Positions 57,352-64,000 of a stretch of DNA of 64,000 bases are shown piece after piece (positions within the stretch are counted from its first letter, which is position 1; each line of letters starts with the position of its first letter). The stretch lies in sequence record OZ195776.1; one strand, 5' to 3'. The notes beneath the pieces are model-generated. The model was not told the DNA's origin and ran no database searches. It worked only from the letters and a program-made list of their open reading frames with translations. The translations under genes were made by a program, and so were the position numbers.

Positions 57352-57576
57352 ATGGACAATCAACACAAGAAAATCAAAGGCTATCGCGACCTATCTCAAG
57401 CTGAAATTGATGGTATGAATGCCGTCAAAGCAGAAGGTGAGCGTCTAAAGCAAATGATTGCTGATTTACGTGAGCAAGAAACAATCGATGAGCGTTGGGT
57501 AGCAATTGCTGAGACTCATCTACAGCAAGGTATTATGGCAGCAGTTCGCTCCATCGCCAAACCAGAATCATTCTGA
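57352..57576 (+). CDS. acb2: Anti-CBASS protein Acb2 homologue (cyclic oligonucleotide sponge)
   Basis: MDNQHKKIKGYRDLSQAEIDGMNAVK...RWVAIAETHLQQGIMAAVRSIAKPESF closely matches the recalled Acb2/T4 Vs.4 family sequence. Confidence 0.9.
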   Translation: MDNQHKKIKGYRDLSQAEIDGMNAVKAEGERLKQMIADLREQETIDERWVAIAETHLQQGIMAAVRSIAKPESF

Positions 57577-57579
57577 TAC

Positions 57580-57611
57580 AAAAAAAGCCGCTAATGCGGC
57601 TTTTTCTTTAT
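57580..57611. terminator. Bidirectional terminator, identical to 32130-32161
   Basis: GCCGC-TAAT-GCGGC flanked by A and T tracts, between convergent genes. Confidence 0.85.
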
Positions 57612-57916
57612 AGATTTGATGGATCGAAGGTTCCTTCGAACTCCGGCAGAGTTTCAATTCGAATCTCACCCCACGGCTCGTTACGACCATCGGTTCCAGA
57701 TTTAATTTCAACTATCGTCCAACCAGCTTCTTGTAGCAATGATTTGATCACTGCTTCGTCAGATGGGCTGAAACGCTGATAGAACATCATTGTTCCTGAT
57801 AGCGAAGTCATTTTATCTAAACGCGTGTTTAGTTGTTCAATCCATTTGAGACGCTGCTCGTTAGATTGGCGTTCAAGTCGGTCAGATACGTTTCTTGGGG
57901 TGCGAATTTGGCTCAT
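57608..57916 (-). CDS. Hypothetical protein
   Basis: 102 aa, ATGA overlap with the upstream gene. Confidence 0.6.
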   Translation of the reverse strand: MSQIRTPRNVSDRLERQSNEQRLKWIEQLNTRLDKMTSLSGTMMFYQRFSPSDEAVIKSLLQEAGWTIVEIKSGTDGRNEPWGEIRIETLPEFEGTFDPSNL

Positions 57917-58281
57917 AGTCGGATTTCAACTCCATTCATAATACAAGTTAGTGTAGTGACAAACTCAAGGCCACTTGTTACTTCACGATGACGTTTTTCC
58001 ATTTCGGTAACGTCTTCTGCAGACATAAAGTCGGCAAGATGTTCGATTAGGTGGTCGCTACCGGTGCATTCGTGCCAAGCACGTAGACCGTCTTCCAAAT
58101 ACTCGTAAACAGCAAGTTCTGCTTGAGTTTCTGAGTGCTTACCATCCAATTCGTAGAAATACATACTCAATTCATGATTGATTTGGTTTTCGTACTTCTC
58201 ATACATGCCATCATCCAGCCAAACCATTTGACTTTCAGTTTGATTACTGTAGTAACCACATGCAGACATTTCAATAAACAT
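57913..58281 (-). CDS. Acidic hypothetical protein
   Basis: 122 aa, GGAG RBS nearby. Confidence 0.6.
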   Translation of the reverse strand: MFIEMSACGYYSNQTESQMVWLDDGMYEKYENQINHELSMYFYELDGKHSETQAELAVYEYLEDGLRAWHECTGSDHLIEHLADFMSAEDVTEMEKRHREVTSGLEFVTTLTCIMNGVEIRL

Positions 58282-58329
58282 GACAATTGCTCCAATTAAG
58301 AAAAAAGCGGCATAATGCCGCTTTTAGAA

Positions 58330-58713
58330 TTACTTCGCTGCGCGTTTTTGCTTGCGCGTTTTGTTAGGCTTGCGACCTTTTGATGCAGCATTGTCACGAC
58401 GAACCTTCGCTTGAAGTTCGCGAACTTCTTTCGGTTGATGCATCGCTTCGTTCAGACCAGCTTTAGCAAGTTTGGTCAACTGCTTGAACTCTTTCGCTGG
58501 GCGAGTTAGACGACCCGCTTGACGACTCGCTTTTACACGACCAGAGTAGTTGCTGCCTTTTAGCTTCTGCAGAGAAGCGATTGCCTGACCATCGTCTGGC
58601 TGTACCTTGATGTGACGCTCAAGCTTCGCGACCTTATTGGTCAGTGCGCGGTTGTCGCCTTTGTAACGTGCGTAGCAACCTTTTTGAGAAGCAGATGTAG
58701 TTTTCTTAGCCAT
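58330..58713 (-). CDS. Highly basic hypothetical protein
   Basis: Lys/Arg-rich; GAAAGGT RBS. Confidence 0.7.
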   Translation of the reverse strand: MAKKTTSASQKGCYARYKGDNRALTNKVAKLERHIKVQPDDGQAIASLQKLKGSNYSGRVKASRQAGRLTRPAKEFKQLTKLAKAGLNEAMHQPKEVRELQAKVRRDNAASKGRKPNKTRKQKRAAK

Positions 58714-58785
58714 GTTCAATTACCTTTCATTAAAATATATGATGCTCACAAGAGCGTTTTCAAGAATTGTTACTATACCAGAGTT

Positions 58786-59112
58786 TTACTCTGATTTATA
58801 CACTACAGCGATGTTTTTGTAGTGTGTATGTACCCATTTAACACGTTTAGTGTCGGTTTGTTCCATCTGACCAGCGATGATACGTGGATCTGGTACGTTC
58901 TTAATGTGACCTTGTGGCAACAGAACGATGTCCCCTACGCTTACGATGTCTTGGTCAACTTCACCACCAACTGAAATTACTTTGCCATGCAAAGGCACTT
59001 CACCTTGGTTAAGTGTACCTAAAACGATACCACCAGCGGATTTAAGTTCTTCACCTTCCGACTTGGCGTTGGTATCAATGATGACTTGTTCACCTTGAGC
59101 GTATGCTTTCAT
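58786..59112 (-). CDS. 31: GroES-like co-chaperonin (gp31)
   Basis: AQGEQVII, KSAGGIVLG mobile loop, GKVISVG, VGDIVLLP, HYKNI. Confidence 0.92.
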   Translation of the reverse strand: MKAYAQGEQVIIDTNAKSEGEELKSAGGIVLGTLNQGEVPLHGKVISVGGEVDQDIVSVGDIVLLPQGHIKNVPDPRIIAGQMEQTDTKRVKWVHTHYKNIAVVYKSE

Positions 59113-59312
59113 TCTTTGCTTCCATATTTTGCACGAGCTTCTTCAAATGCTGACGTGCGTTGTTTTACTGCTTTTTGTCGTTCTTCAAATTCACGACACT
59201 TACGACGTCTTGGTCCGTCTTCCACATCATAATCGATTGGATTGGAACCACGTTGGTCCCAACCAATCCAGTAATCAGTGAGTTCATCCAAGATTTCTTT
59301 AGAGCTTGCCAT
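59109..59312 (-). CDS. Small hypothetical protein
   Basis: 67 aa with overlaps at both ends. Confidence 0.55.
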   Translation of the reverse strand: MASSKEILDELTDYWIGWDQRGSNPIDYDVEDGPRRRKCREFEERQKAVKQRTSAFEEARAKYGSKE

Positions 59313-59565
59313 TCGGTACGATGCCTACGAACTTATCTGATTTAAACGAACGCCAACCTTTAGCATCAAAATCGTAATAACGAATTGTTTTGACGCCCTC
59401 GTGGTCTTCCGTAACCAGTCCATCCTGGACACCGCCTTTCGGCAATTTATCATCAGGTACGTAATCGATGTTACGGGTACCCAATGCGATTCGTTCAGAA
59501 CCATCGGCTTTCTTAAAAGAGAACTTAACGATAGAACCGTTTAACGCTTTAACAATGTCAATCAT
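59299..59565 (-). CDS. WYL_2/DUF2693-like protein (T4 gp31.1-like)
   Basis: VKFSFKKADGSERIALGTRN, YYDFDAKGWRSFK. Confidence 0.8.
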   Translation of the reverse strand: MIDIVKALNGSIVKFSFKKADGSERIALGTRNIDYVPDDKLPKGGVQDGLVTEDHEGVKTIRYYDFDAKGWRSFKSDKFVGIVPNGKL

Positions 59566-59605
59566 ATTACCACCAATATAAGGCCGGTTAAACCGGCCAT
59601 TTCAA

Positions 59606-60505
59606 TTAAAGTTCTACAATTGCGCCTTTCGACAAACCTTCCGATACCCATAGACGAGTAGCGCCAAGCTCACGAAGACGGTCGCCAAACTCACGCTCAA
59701 CAGCGCTTGCTAGGTTTTCGATTGTAGTTTCGTGTGGGAACACTGTAACTTTCGAAGTTGTTTCCATGCGGAAGTTACCGCGTAGTGAACGATATGCGAT
59801 AACCAAGTTTGGATCTTCTACCGTTACGTTTTCGTTCCAAGCAAAGATGCCTTGATAGAAATCAGCGATTTCTTGTAGCAATGCAGTTGCTTCTACGTCA
59901 GTTGCGATGAACGAACGATGGCCATGAGCAATGTTTTGACAACCGTAGCTCGTGCTCGAACGTAGACCGTGAACGTATTTGAATGTTGTGTGCGAAACTA
60001 CTGCTTTTGGCAAGAAGAAGTTGCTGCACAAATCAACTACCACTTTAGTTACTGGATAACCAAGAGCGATTAGTTCACGTTTTAGCATATCTTCGATGTA
60101 TGCCTTTAGATGAGCATGGTATTGCTCTTCTTCTGTTGCATCTTCCGCTGCGATACCGTTCATTGGAATTACTTGATACCAATCATCAACCGATGCAACT
60201 ACTGATGTGGTCGATGTGTCAAGTGCAACACGGTCACGGTCTTTAACATCTTGCATACCGTATATACCAAAGCCGTCAACAACAACCATACGGTGGTCAA
60301 TTGCGTGCTCGCTATCATCGATCAGTTTTTTGATTTCTTTCTTACAACCAGAAAAGTCGATTACAACCTGCTCTTGAGCATCAACTTCACCAGCGATTTC
60401 ACATGACAGTGTTAACGACTCGCCGATTAGATTACCGTTTTTACCTAACCAACAATGATCGATTACTGAAATATCGCCGACGTACATGTTTGCTGTTTGA
60501 ATCAT
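59606..60505 (-). CDS. queD: Two-domain 6-carboxy-tetrahydropterin synthase (QueD2-type)
   Basis: ISVIDH.W...GES, VIDFSGCKKEIK, IDHRMVV, YVHGLR...GCQNIAHGHRS, TTIENLA; resembles the long gammaproteobacterial QueD. Confidence 0.85.
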   Translation of the reverse strand: MIQTANMYVGDISVIDHCWLGKNGNLIGESLTLSCEIAGEVDAQEQVVIDFSGCKKEIKKLIDDSEHAIDHRMVVVDGFGIYGMQDVKDRDRVALDTSTTSVVASVDDWYQVIPMNGIAAEDATEEEQYHAHLKAYIEDMLKRELIALGYPVTKVVVDLCSNFFLPKAVVSHTTFKYVHGLRSSTSYGCQNIAHGHRSFIATDVEATALLQEIADFYQGIFAWNENVTVEDPNLVIAYRSLRGNFRMETTSKVTVFPHETTIENLASAVEREFGDRLRELGATRLWVSEGLSKGAIVEL

Positions 60506-60506
60506 T

Positions 60507-60743
60507 TTAAACCCTTTCATATTCATTTGATTGTAACCAGATTTGGAACTCTTCGATCCAAACTTGGTCGCTTGTTGCGTGAAGTTTTACTTCTATTGGA
60601 AGTGTACCGTACTTAGCGGCTGCTTTTAAAGCTCGAATCGCATATAAACTTTCCATAATGGATTGTTCTGCCAATTCATCTTCACTTTCTATTTGGTCGA
60701 CTATTGCCTCAGGCTTTAGTCTGACAACGATAAAAGTACTCAT
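60507..60743 (-). CDS. Hypothetical protein (start at MSTF)
   Basis: 78 aa between dCMP deaminase and queD. Confidence 0.5.
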   Translation of the reverse strand: MSTFIVVRLKPEAIVDQIESEDELAEQSIMESLYAIRALKAAAKYGTLPIEVKLHATSDQVWIEEFQIWLQSNEYERV

Positions 60744-61242
60744 CTGAGTCCCACCATCTCGAGCGATCCTCTGGATCATTTACAAAAACTTCAATGTCGT
60801 GAGAAAGCAACCACTTTCTCCAATTCGGACCTACCGAAGGATGCACATCCTTAACAAAAACGCGTCTGATGCCCGCAGCTACGATGATTTTTGCGCAATT
60901 AACACAAGGACTTAGCGTAACATAGATGTCAGCTCCCTCTGTGCTCAATCCGGCACGTGCAGCGTAACAAACAGCGTTTTGTTCAGCGTGTATCTCATTT
61001 TCAAGAGACCACTTTGTGTGAGCTTGACGGTTAGTTAGAACATAACCTCCAGCCCCATTGGATTTAGCGAATCCTAAACGTTGACCTTCGCAGCCGCATT
61101 TGGGAGCTCCCGAAGGAGTCCCGTTGTAACCAGTGCTCAAAACACGATCGTTTTTAACAATGACCGCACCAACTTGGTATTTCAAGCAGCTACTTTCCTG
61201 AGCAACTAACGTTGCCATTCCCATGAACGTACAAGGCTTCAT
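60709..61242 (-). CDS. cd: dCMP deaminase
   Basis: SSCLKYQVGAVIV, STGYNG, HAEQNA, TLSPCVNCAK. Confidence 0.95.
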   Translation of the reverse strand: MKPCTFMGMATLVAQESSCLKYQVGAVIVKNDRVLSTGYNGTPSGAPKCGCEGQRLGFAKSNGAGGYVLTNRQAHTKWSLENEIHAEQNAVCYAARAGLSTEGADIYVTLSPCVNCAKIIVAAGIRRVFVKDVHPSVGPNWRKWLLSHDIEVFVNDPEDRSRWWDSDEYFYRCQTKA

Positions 61243-61243
61243 A

Positions 61244-61528
61244 TTACAGTCCAAACATTGATTCAGCAGGAATCCACTTCTCAAGGCATACAAAGCCACG
61301 AGAAACGATTTTCGGAATCATGTCCGAAGCAACTTCCATTGCTGTGCGTGTTTGTTGATAGAAACCATCTTCGTCGCAACCGAATACCGGATGGAACATG
61401 ATTGGATTCACGTAAAGAACACCGTTGTATTCAAATGAAAGGTGAGCTACTGGGTAAGTGCCATTGGCTACTTCGATTAGGTTACCTTCCATTGCTTTGA
61501 TTTCGATTGCAGTTGTGTTCAAGTTCAT
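61244..61528 (-). CDS. Small early hypothetical protein
   Basis: AAGGA RBS, behind family A cassette copy 3. Confidence 0.65.
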   Translation of the reverse strand: MNLNTTAIEIKAMEGNLIEVANGTYPVAHLSFEYNGVLYVNPIMFHPVFGCDEDGFYQQTRTAMEVASDMIPKIVSRGFVCLEKWIPAESMFGL

Positions 61529-61548
61529 ATTGAATCCTTAGTTGTTTG

Positions 61549-61607
61549 GTTAATGGCCGTTGCCGGCCGACAGAGCACATATTACAGGATTCAGAATTTC
61601 AGACAAC
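61549..61607 (-). repeat. Early promoter/stem-loop cassette, family A copy 3
   Basis: GTTGTC-N17-TAATAT then GTGCTCTGTCGGCCG-GCAA-CGGCCATTAA. Confidence 0.85.
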
Positions 61608-61928
61608 TTATTTTTCGATATTTTCGATAGGAATTTCTAAGTCAGGACGGTCAGCCACCATTTGACGCACGGTAGCTTCGTCTACATTAAGTTCGTAGAA
61701 CGACATAGATTTGGTTTGAGCGTAGCAAACTTCGTCAGATACGAAGAACTTTGCGACATTTGACGTGATTACCCACTTGTCTTCACCGAAGCGCTCGTGG
61801 ATATCGTCGGTAATGTAGCCAGACAGTGCAGCTTTCTTGAAAGGATTGAACGGACGTTCGTCGATTAGACGCTCTTCTTTTAGACGTAGTTGAGCGGTAA
61901 CGATTTCTTGCAGTTTTTCAATAAACAT
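61608..61928 (-). CDS. Hypothetical protein
   Basis: 106 aa, TAATG overlap with the DUF4326 gene. Confidence 0.6.
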   Translation of the reverse strand: MFIEKLQEIVTAQLRLKEERLIDERPFNPFKKAALSGYITDDIHERFGEDKWVITSNVAKFFVSDEVCYAQTKSMSFYELNVDEATVRQMVADRPDLEIPIENIEK

Positions 61929-62224
61929 TATGTAAACCTCAGTAAAGGACTGGAGAGACGCTCCAGATGTTTCAAAATAATATCACCATGACAACGCTTC
62001 GGTTTACACCAACAACCGAGCTTTTTACCACGCAGTTTGAGAAACTCCGTGACGTTATCTGGATCTTCAAGTTCGCAAAGCAACCACTCTTCGTAAAGAG
62101 CGATTACTTCGGTTCTGGTACCGTGGACACCAATCTTAAATGGGTTTCCCCACCGACTGAGTCCACGAGCTACCGGTACGTCACAATCTTCGTGACGCAT
62201 GTTGACAACGGTTGTTTTTACCAC
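61928..62224 (-). CDS. DUF4326 family protein
   Basis: VVN...DV...R.SRWGNPF, Y.EWL, LRGKKLGCWCKPKRCHGD. Confidence 0.88.
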   Translation of the reverse strand: MVKTTVVNMRHEDCDVPVARGLSRWGNPFKIGVHGTRTEVIALYEEWLLCELEDPDNVTEFLKLRGKKLGCWCKPKRCHGDIILKHLERLSSPLLRFT

Positions 62225-62835
62225 TCATCATCCTCGTCAAGTTCGTCACCATGGTAGGCAACGATTGACGAACTTGACGATAGGTTCAGACCCATTACAG
62301 ACTTCGCGAAGCTGTTTACTTCGTTAACCGTATTGGATGTAAGACGACTGTCGTTAAGAATCAGATCGTCACCAACGAATGAGCTGTTAATTGGAACTAG
62401 CACGTTTTCGTTTGGTAAAAGACCAGCACCATGCTTCTTACACGCAGCAATCAGTTTCTCTACGCGTGCGATGTCCGAATCAGACATAACGTAAAACTCA
62501 CTACGATCGATTTCAAGACCATATACGTAAAACGGTTCACCGCCGGAGTATTTGCGAACACTGTAGCCTTTGAGTTTCGATGGTACCACTGGAATTTGGT
62601 AAATCCTCATGCCAAAGCCAAGAACCGCTGCTGGATCTTTCTTAGCAGGCAATGCGTCTTTCAACATTTTGCTAGTATTGACTGTTCTGCGTGAGCTTGA
62701 GCTTGATGAGCGCATTGAGCTACCAAGTCCTTGACCAGCCATGTAAGATCGTGCCTGACGCGCGTCCATGCCACTTGAGCGAATGAAATCGCGTGCTGTG
62801 TTACGCTGTTCGTTAAATTGAGTAAATGTTTTCAT
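62218..62835 (-). CDS. Putative internal head protein (start at MKTFTQF)
   Basis: MKTFTQFNE leader, AGGGA RBS; the track extension overlaps the next gene. Confidence 0.65.
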   Translation of the reverse strand: MKTFTQFNEQRNTARDFIRSSGMDARQARSYMAGQGLGSSMRSSSSSSRRTVNTSKMLKDALPAKKDPAAVLGFGMRIYQIPVVPSKLKGYSVRKYSGGEPFYVYGLEIDRSEFYVMSDSDIARVEKLIAACKKHGAGLLPNENVLVPINSSFVGDDLILNDSRLTSNTVNEVNSFAKSVMGLNLSSSSSIVAYHGDELDEDDEW

Positions 62836-62848
62836 TGTAATCCCTATG

Positions 62849-63292
62849 TTATTCTGAAAGAATGAATAGAACTGAATCATCTTGGTCTTGCGTGCGTAGA
62901 GTGTGGTACCCGTACTGCTTACCAAAACGTAAAGCCATTCTTTTGTATAATGATACACGACTTCGGTCCGCTTTAGAACCCTCAAATCGTATCGTATCAA
63001 TATCGTAACCTTGTTGCATTGATTTATTCAAAAATGCGCTAATTCCAGCTACGACTGTTGAGAATACCATAGGAGCATTGCCTGTTCCTGTCGCATCCCA
63101 TCTAATTTTGTTGCCATCTCGGAGGCTAAATTCGACATCAAGCGTACCTTCGTATTCGGTCAAATATATTCCGTACATACGGTCGTCTATTTTGAACGTT
63201 CCGGTCCACTCTTCGTCGTATTGCCACTTCCAAGTGATTTGAGCTGGTCGTGAATTAAACGACTCAGTCAAATGTTCTCTGAACGATATCAT
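62849..63292 (-). CDS. Putative internal head protein
   Basis: MISFREHLTE leader, GGAGG RBS, CATAAATA late promoter at 63311-63318. Confidence 0.7.
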   Translation of the reverse strand: MISFREHLTESFNSRPAQITWKWQYDEEWTGTFKIDDRMYGIYLTEYEGTLDVEFSLRDGNKIRWDATGTGNAPMVFSTVVAGISAFLNKSMQQGYDIDTIRFEGSKADRSRVSLYKRMALRFGKQYGYHTLRTQDQDDSVLFILSE

Positions 63293-63332
63293 ACGCCCTC
63301 CTTAAACTTGTATTTATGGAAGGCATATGCGA

Positions 63333-64000
63333 TTACGCCATTGAGTACTGGACACCAATCATATCTGGGTTGCAACCAATTGCTTGGAAATGCACTGCAA
63401 AACCAACAGGAACACCGAACGTGATAACGTTATCGGAAGTGTCTACTGGCTGGAATTCAAATCCATCAGCAAAACATTTGATGGTCGCGTCTACCGGTAG
63501 TCGAGAAATGTCGAATTCTACCGAAAGTACGCTACCTGCTGGCATGTCTGGGTGAGGATAAACCTGACCATTACCGCCGCTCCAAAGAAGCTCAACGTAT
63601 TCGCGTAGGTCTACACTCGTCCAATCAATTGGCGGAATACGCGGATCAACGCCCTTAGCAAACTCGATTAGAGTAATGTCAAGATCTGGAGTTGCATCGT
63701 TGATAACCTGCTCAATGATGTTCCAATCACCACCAGCAAGTTCGCTACCGATTTTCGGAATGTACAGCATTTCGATTTGAGATGCACGAGCGTTAAGCTC
63801 CATGAACGCAAGACCGATAGCAGCGTAGTTCGCATGACGTTTGTCCGTACCATACTCGTATTGAGAATACACGTTCAGTACGTGACAATCAGCACCAACG
63901 TTAGCAAGAGAGAATCCGCCAAGTTTCGCTCGATCGCCTTCCATGCCGTAGTCAACATCAGCTTGGAATACTTCAGGGAACTCACGAAGTTGACCAGCAA
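63333..64000 (-). CDS. Macro-domain (ADP-ribose hydrolase/binding) protein with C-terminal extension; 5' end outside the window
   Basis: AGQLREFP, VLNVYSQY, PKIGSELAGGDW..I..VI pattern; frame stays open to the window edge. Confidence 0.8.
   Translation of the reverse strand, partial: AGQLREFPEVFQADVDYGMEGDRAKLGGFSLANVGADCHVLNVYSQYEYGTDKRHANYAAIGLAFMELNARASQIEMLYIPKIGSELAGGDWNIIEQVINDATPDLDITLIEFAKGVDPRIPPIDWTSVDLREYVELLWSGGNGQVYPHPDMPAGSVLSVEFDISRLPVDATIKCFADGFEFQPVDTSDNVITFGVPVGFAVHFQAIGCNPDMIGVQYSMA

Noticed and set aside
34885-61607. Repeated 40-50 bp elements as a CRISPR array
   Set aside because: Copies are kilobases apart and each sits at a promoter; no repeat-spacer periodicity and no cas genes
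62690-62720. Ser-run-coding GAGCTT repeats as a contingency microsatellite
   Set aside because: Short, imperfect and in-frame; explained by a poly-Ser linker
62836-63000. Track N-terminal extension of the 62218 ORF
   Set aside because: Overlaps the 62849 gene in another frame; RBS and CTS-type start point to ATG 62835

Overview
This window is part of the genome of a large T4-like lytic myovirus (Straboviridae-type; gp23 resembles pseudo-T-even/Vibrio-phage types). The host is probably a marine gammaproteobacterium such as Vibrio, but that is inference. 1-9.8 kb holds the conserved packaging, tail and head module (gp17, 18, 19, 20, 67, 68, 21, 22, 23). 14.6-27.3 kb is a late-promoter-driven cluster of five structural/fibre genes with chitin-binding-like repeats, lying between Inh paralogues. 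The rest is mostly minus-strand early/middle genes: uvsW, uvsY, dda, DNA ligase, fused topoisomerase 39+60, Rnl2, endonuclease VII, gp31, dCMP deaminase, dNMP kinase, a dUTPase-like gene and a CCA-adding enzyme. Main points of interest: (i) a 7-deazaguanine DNA-modification set (TGT-fold DpdA-like gene coupled to dNMP kinase, a small QueD-like paralogue, FolE, two-domain QueD); (ii) a structured folE leader ending in an H-type pseudoknot; (iii) eight late genes with T4-style capsid-targeting N-termini, including two ADP-ribosyltransferase-like proteins and a phosphorothioation-associated-domain-like protein; (iv) an Acb2 anti-CBASS homologue; (v) repeated early promoter/stem-loop cassettes. 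I saw no tRNA, rRNA, CRISPR array or intron. All family assignments come from motif recognition, not database searches.
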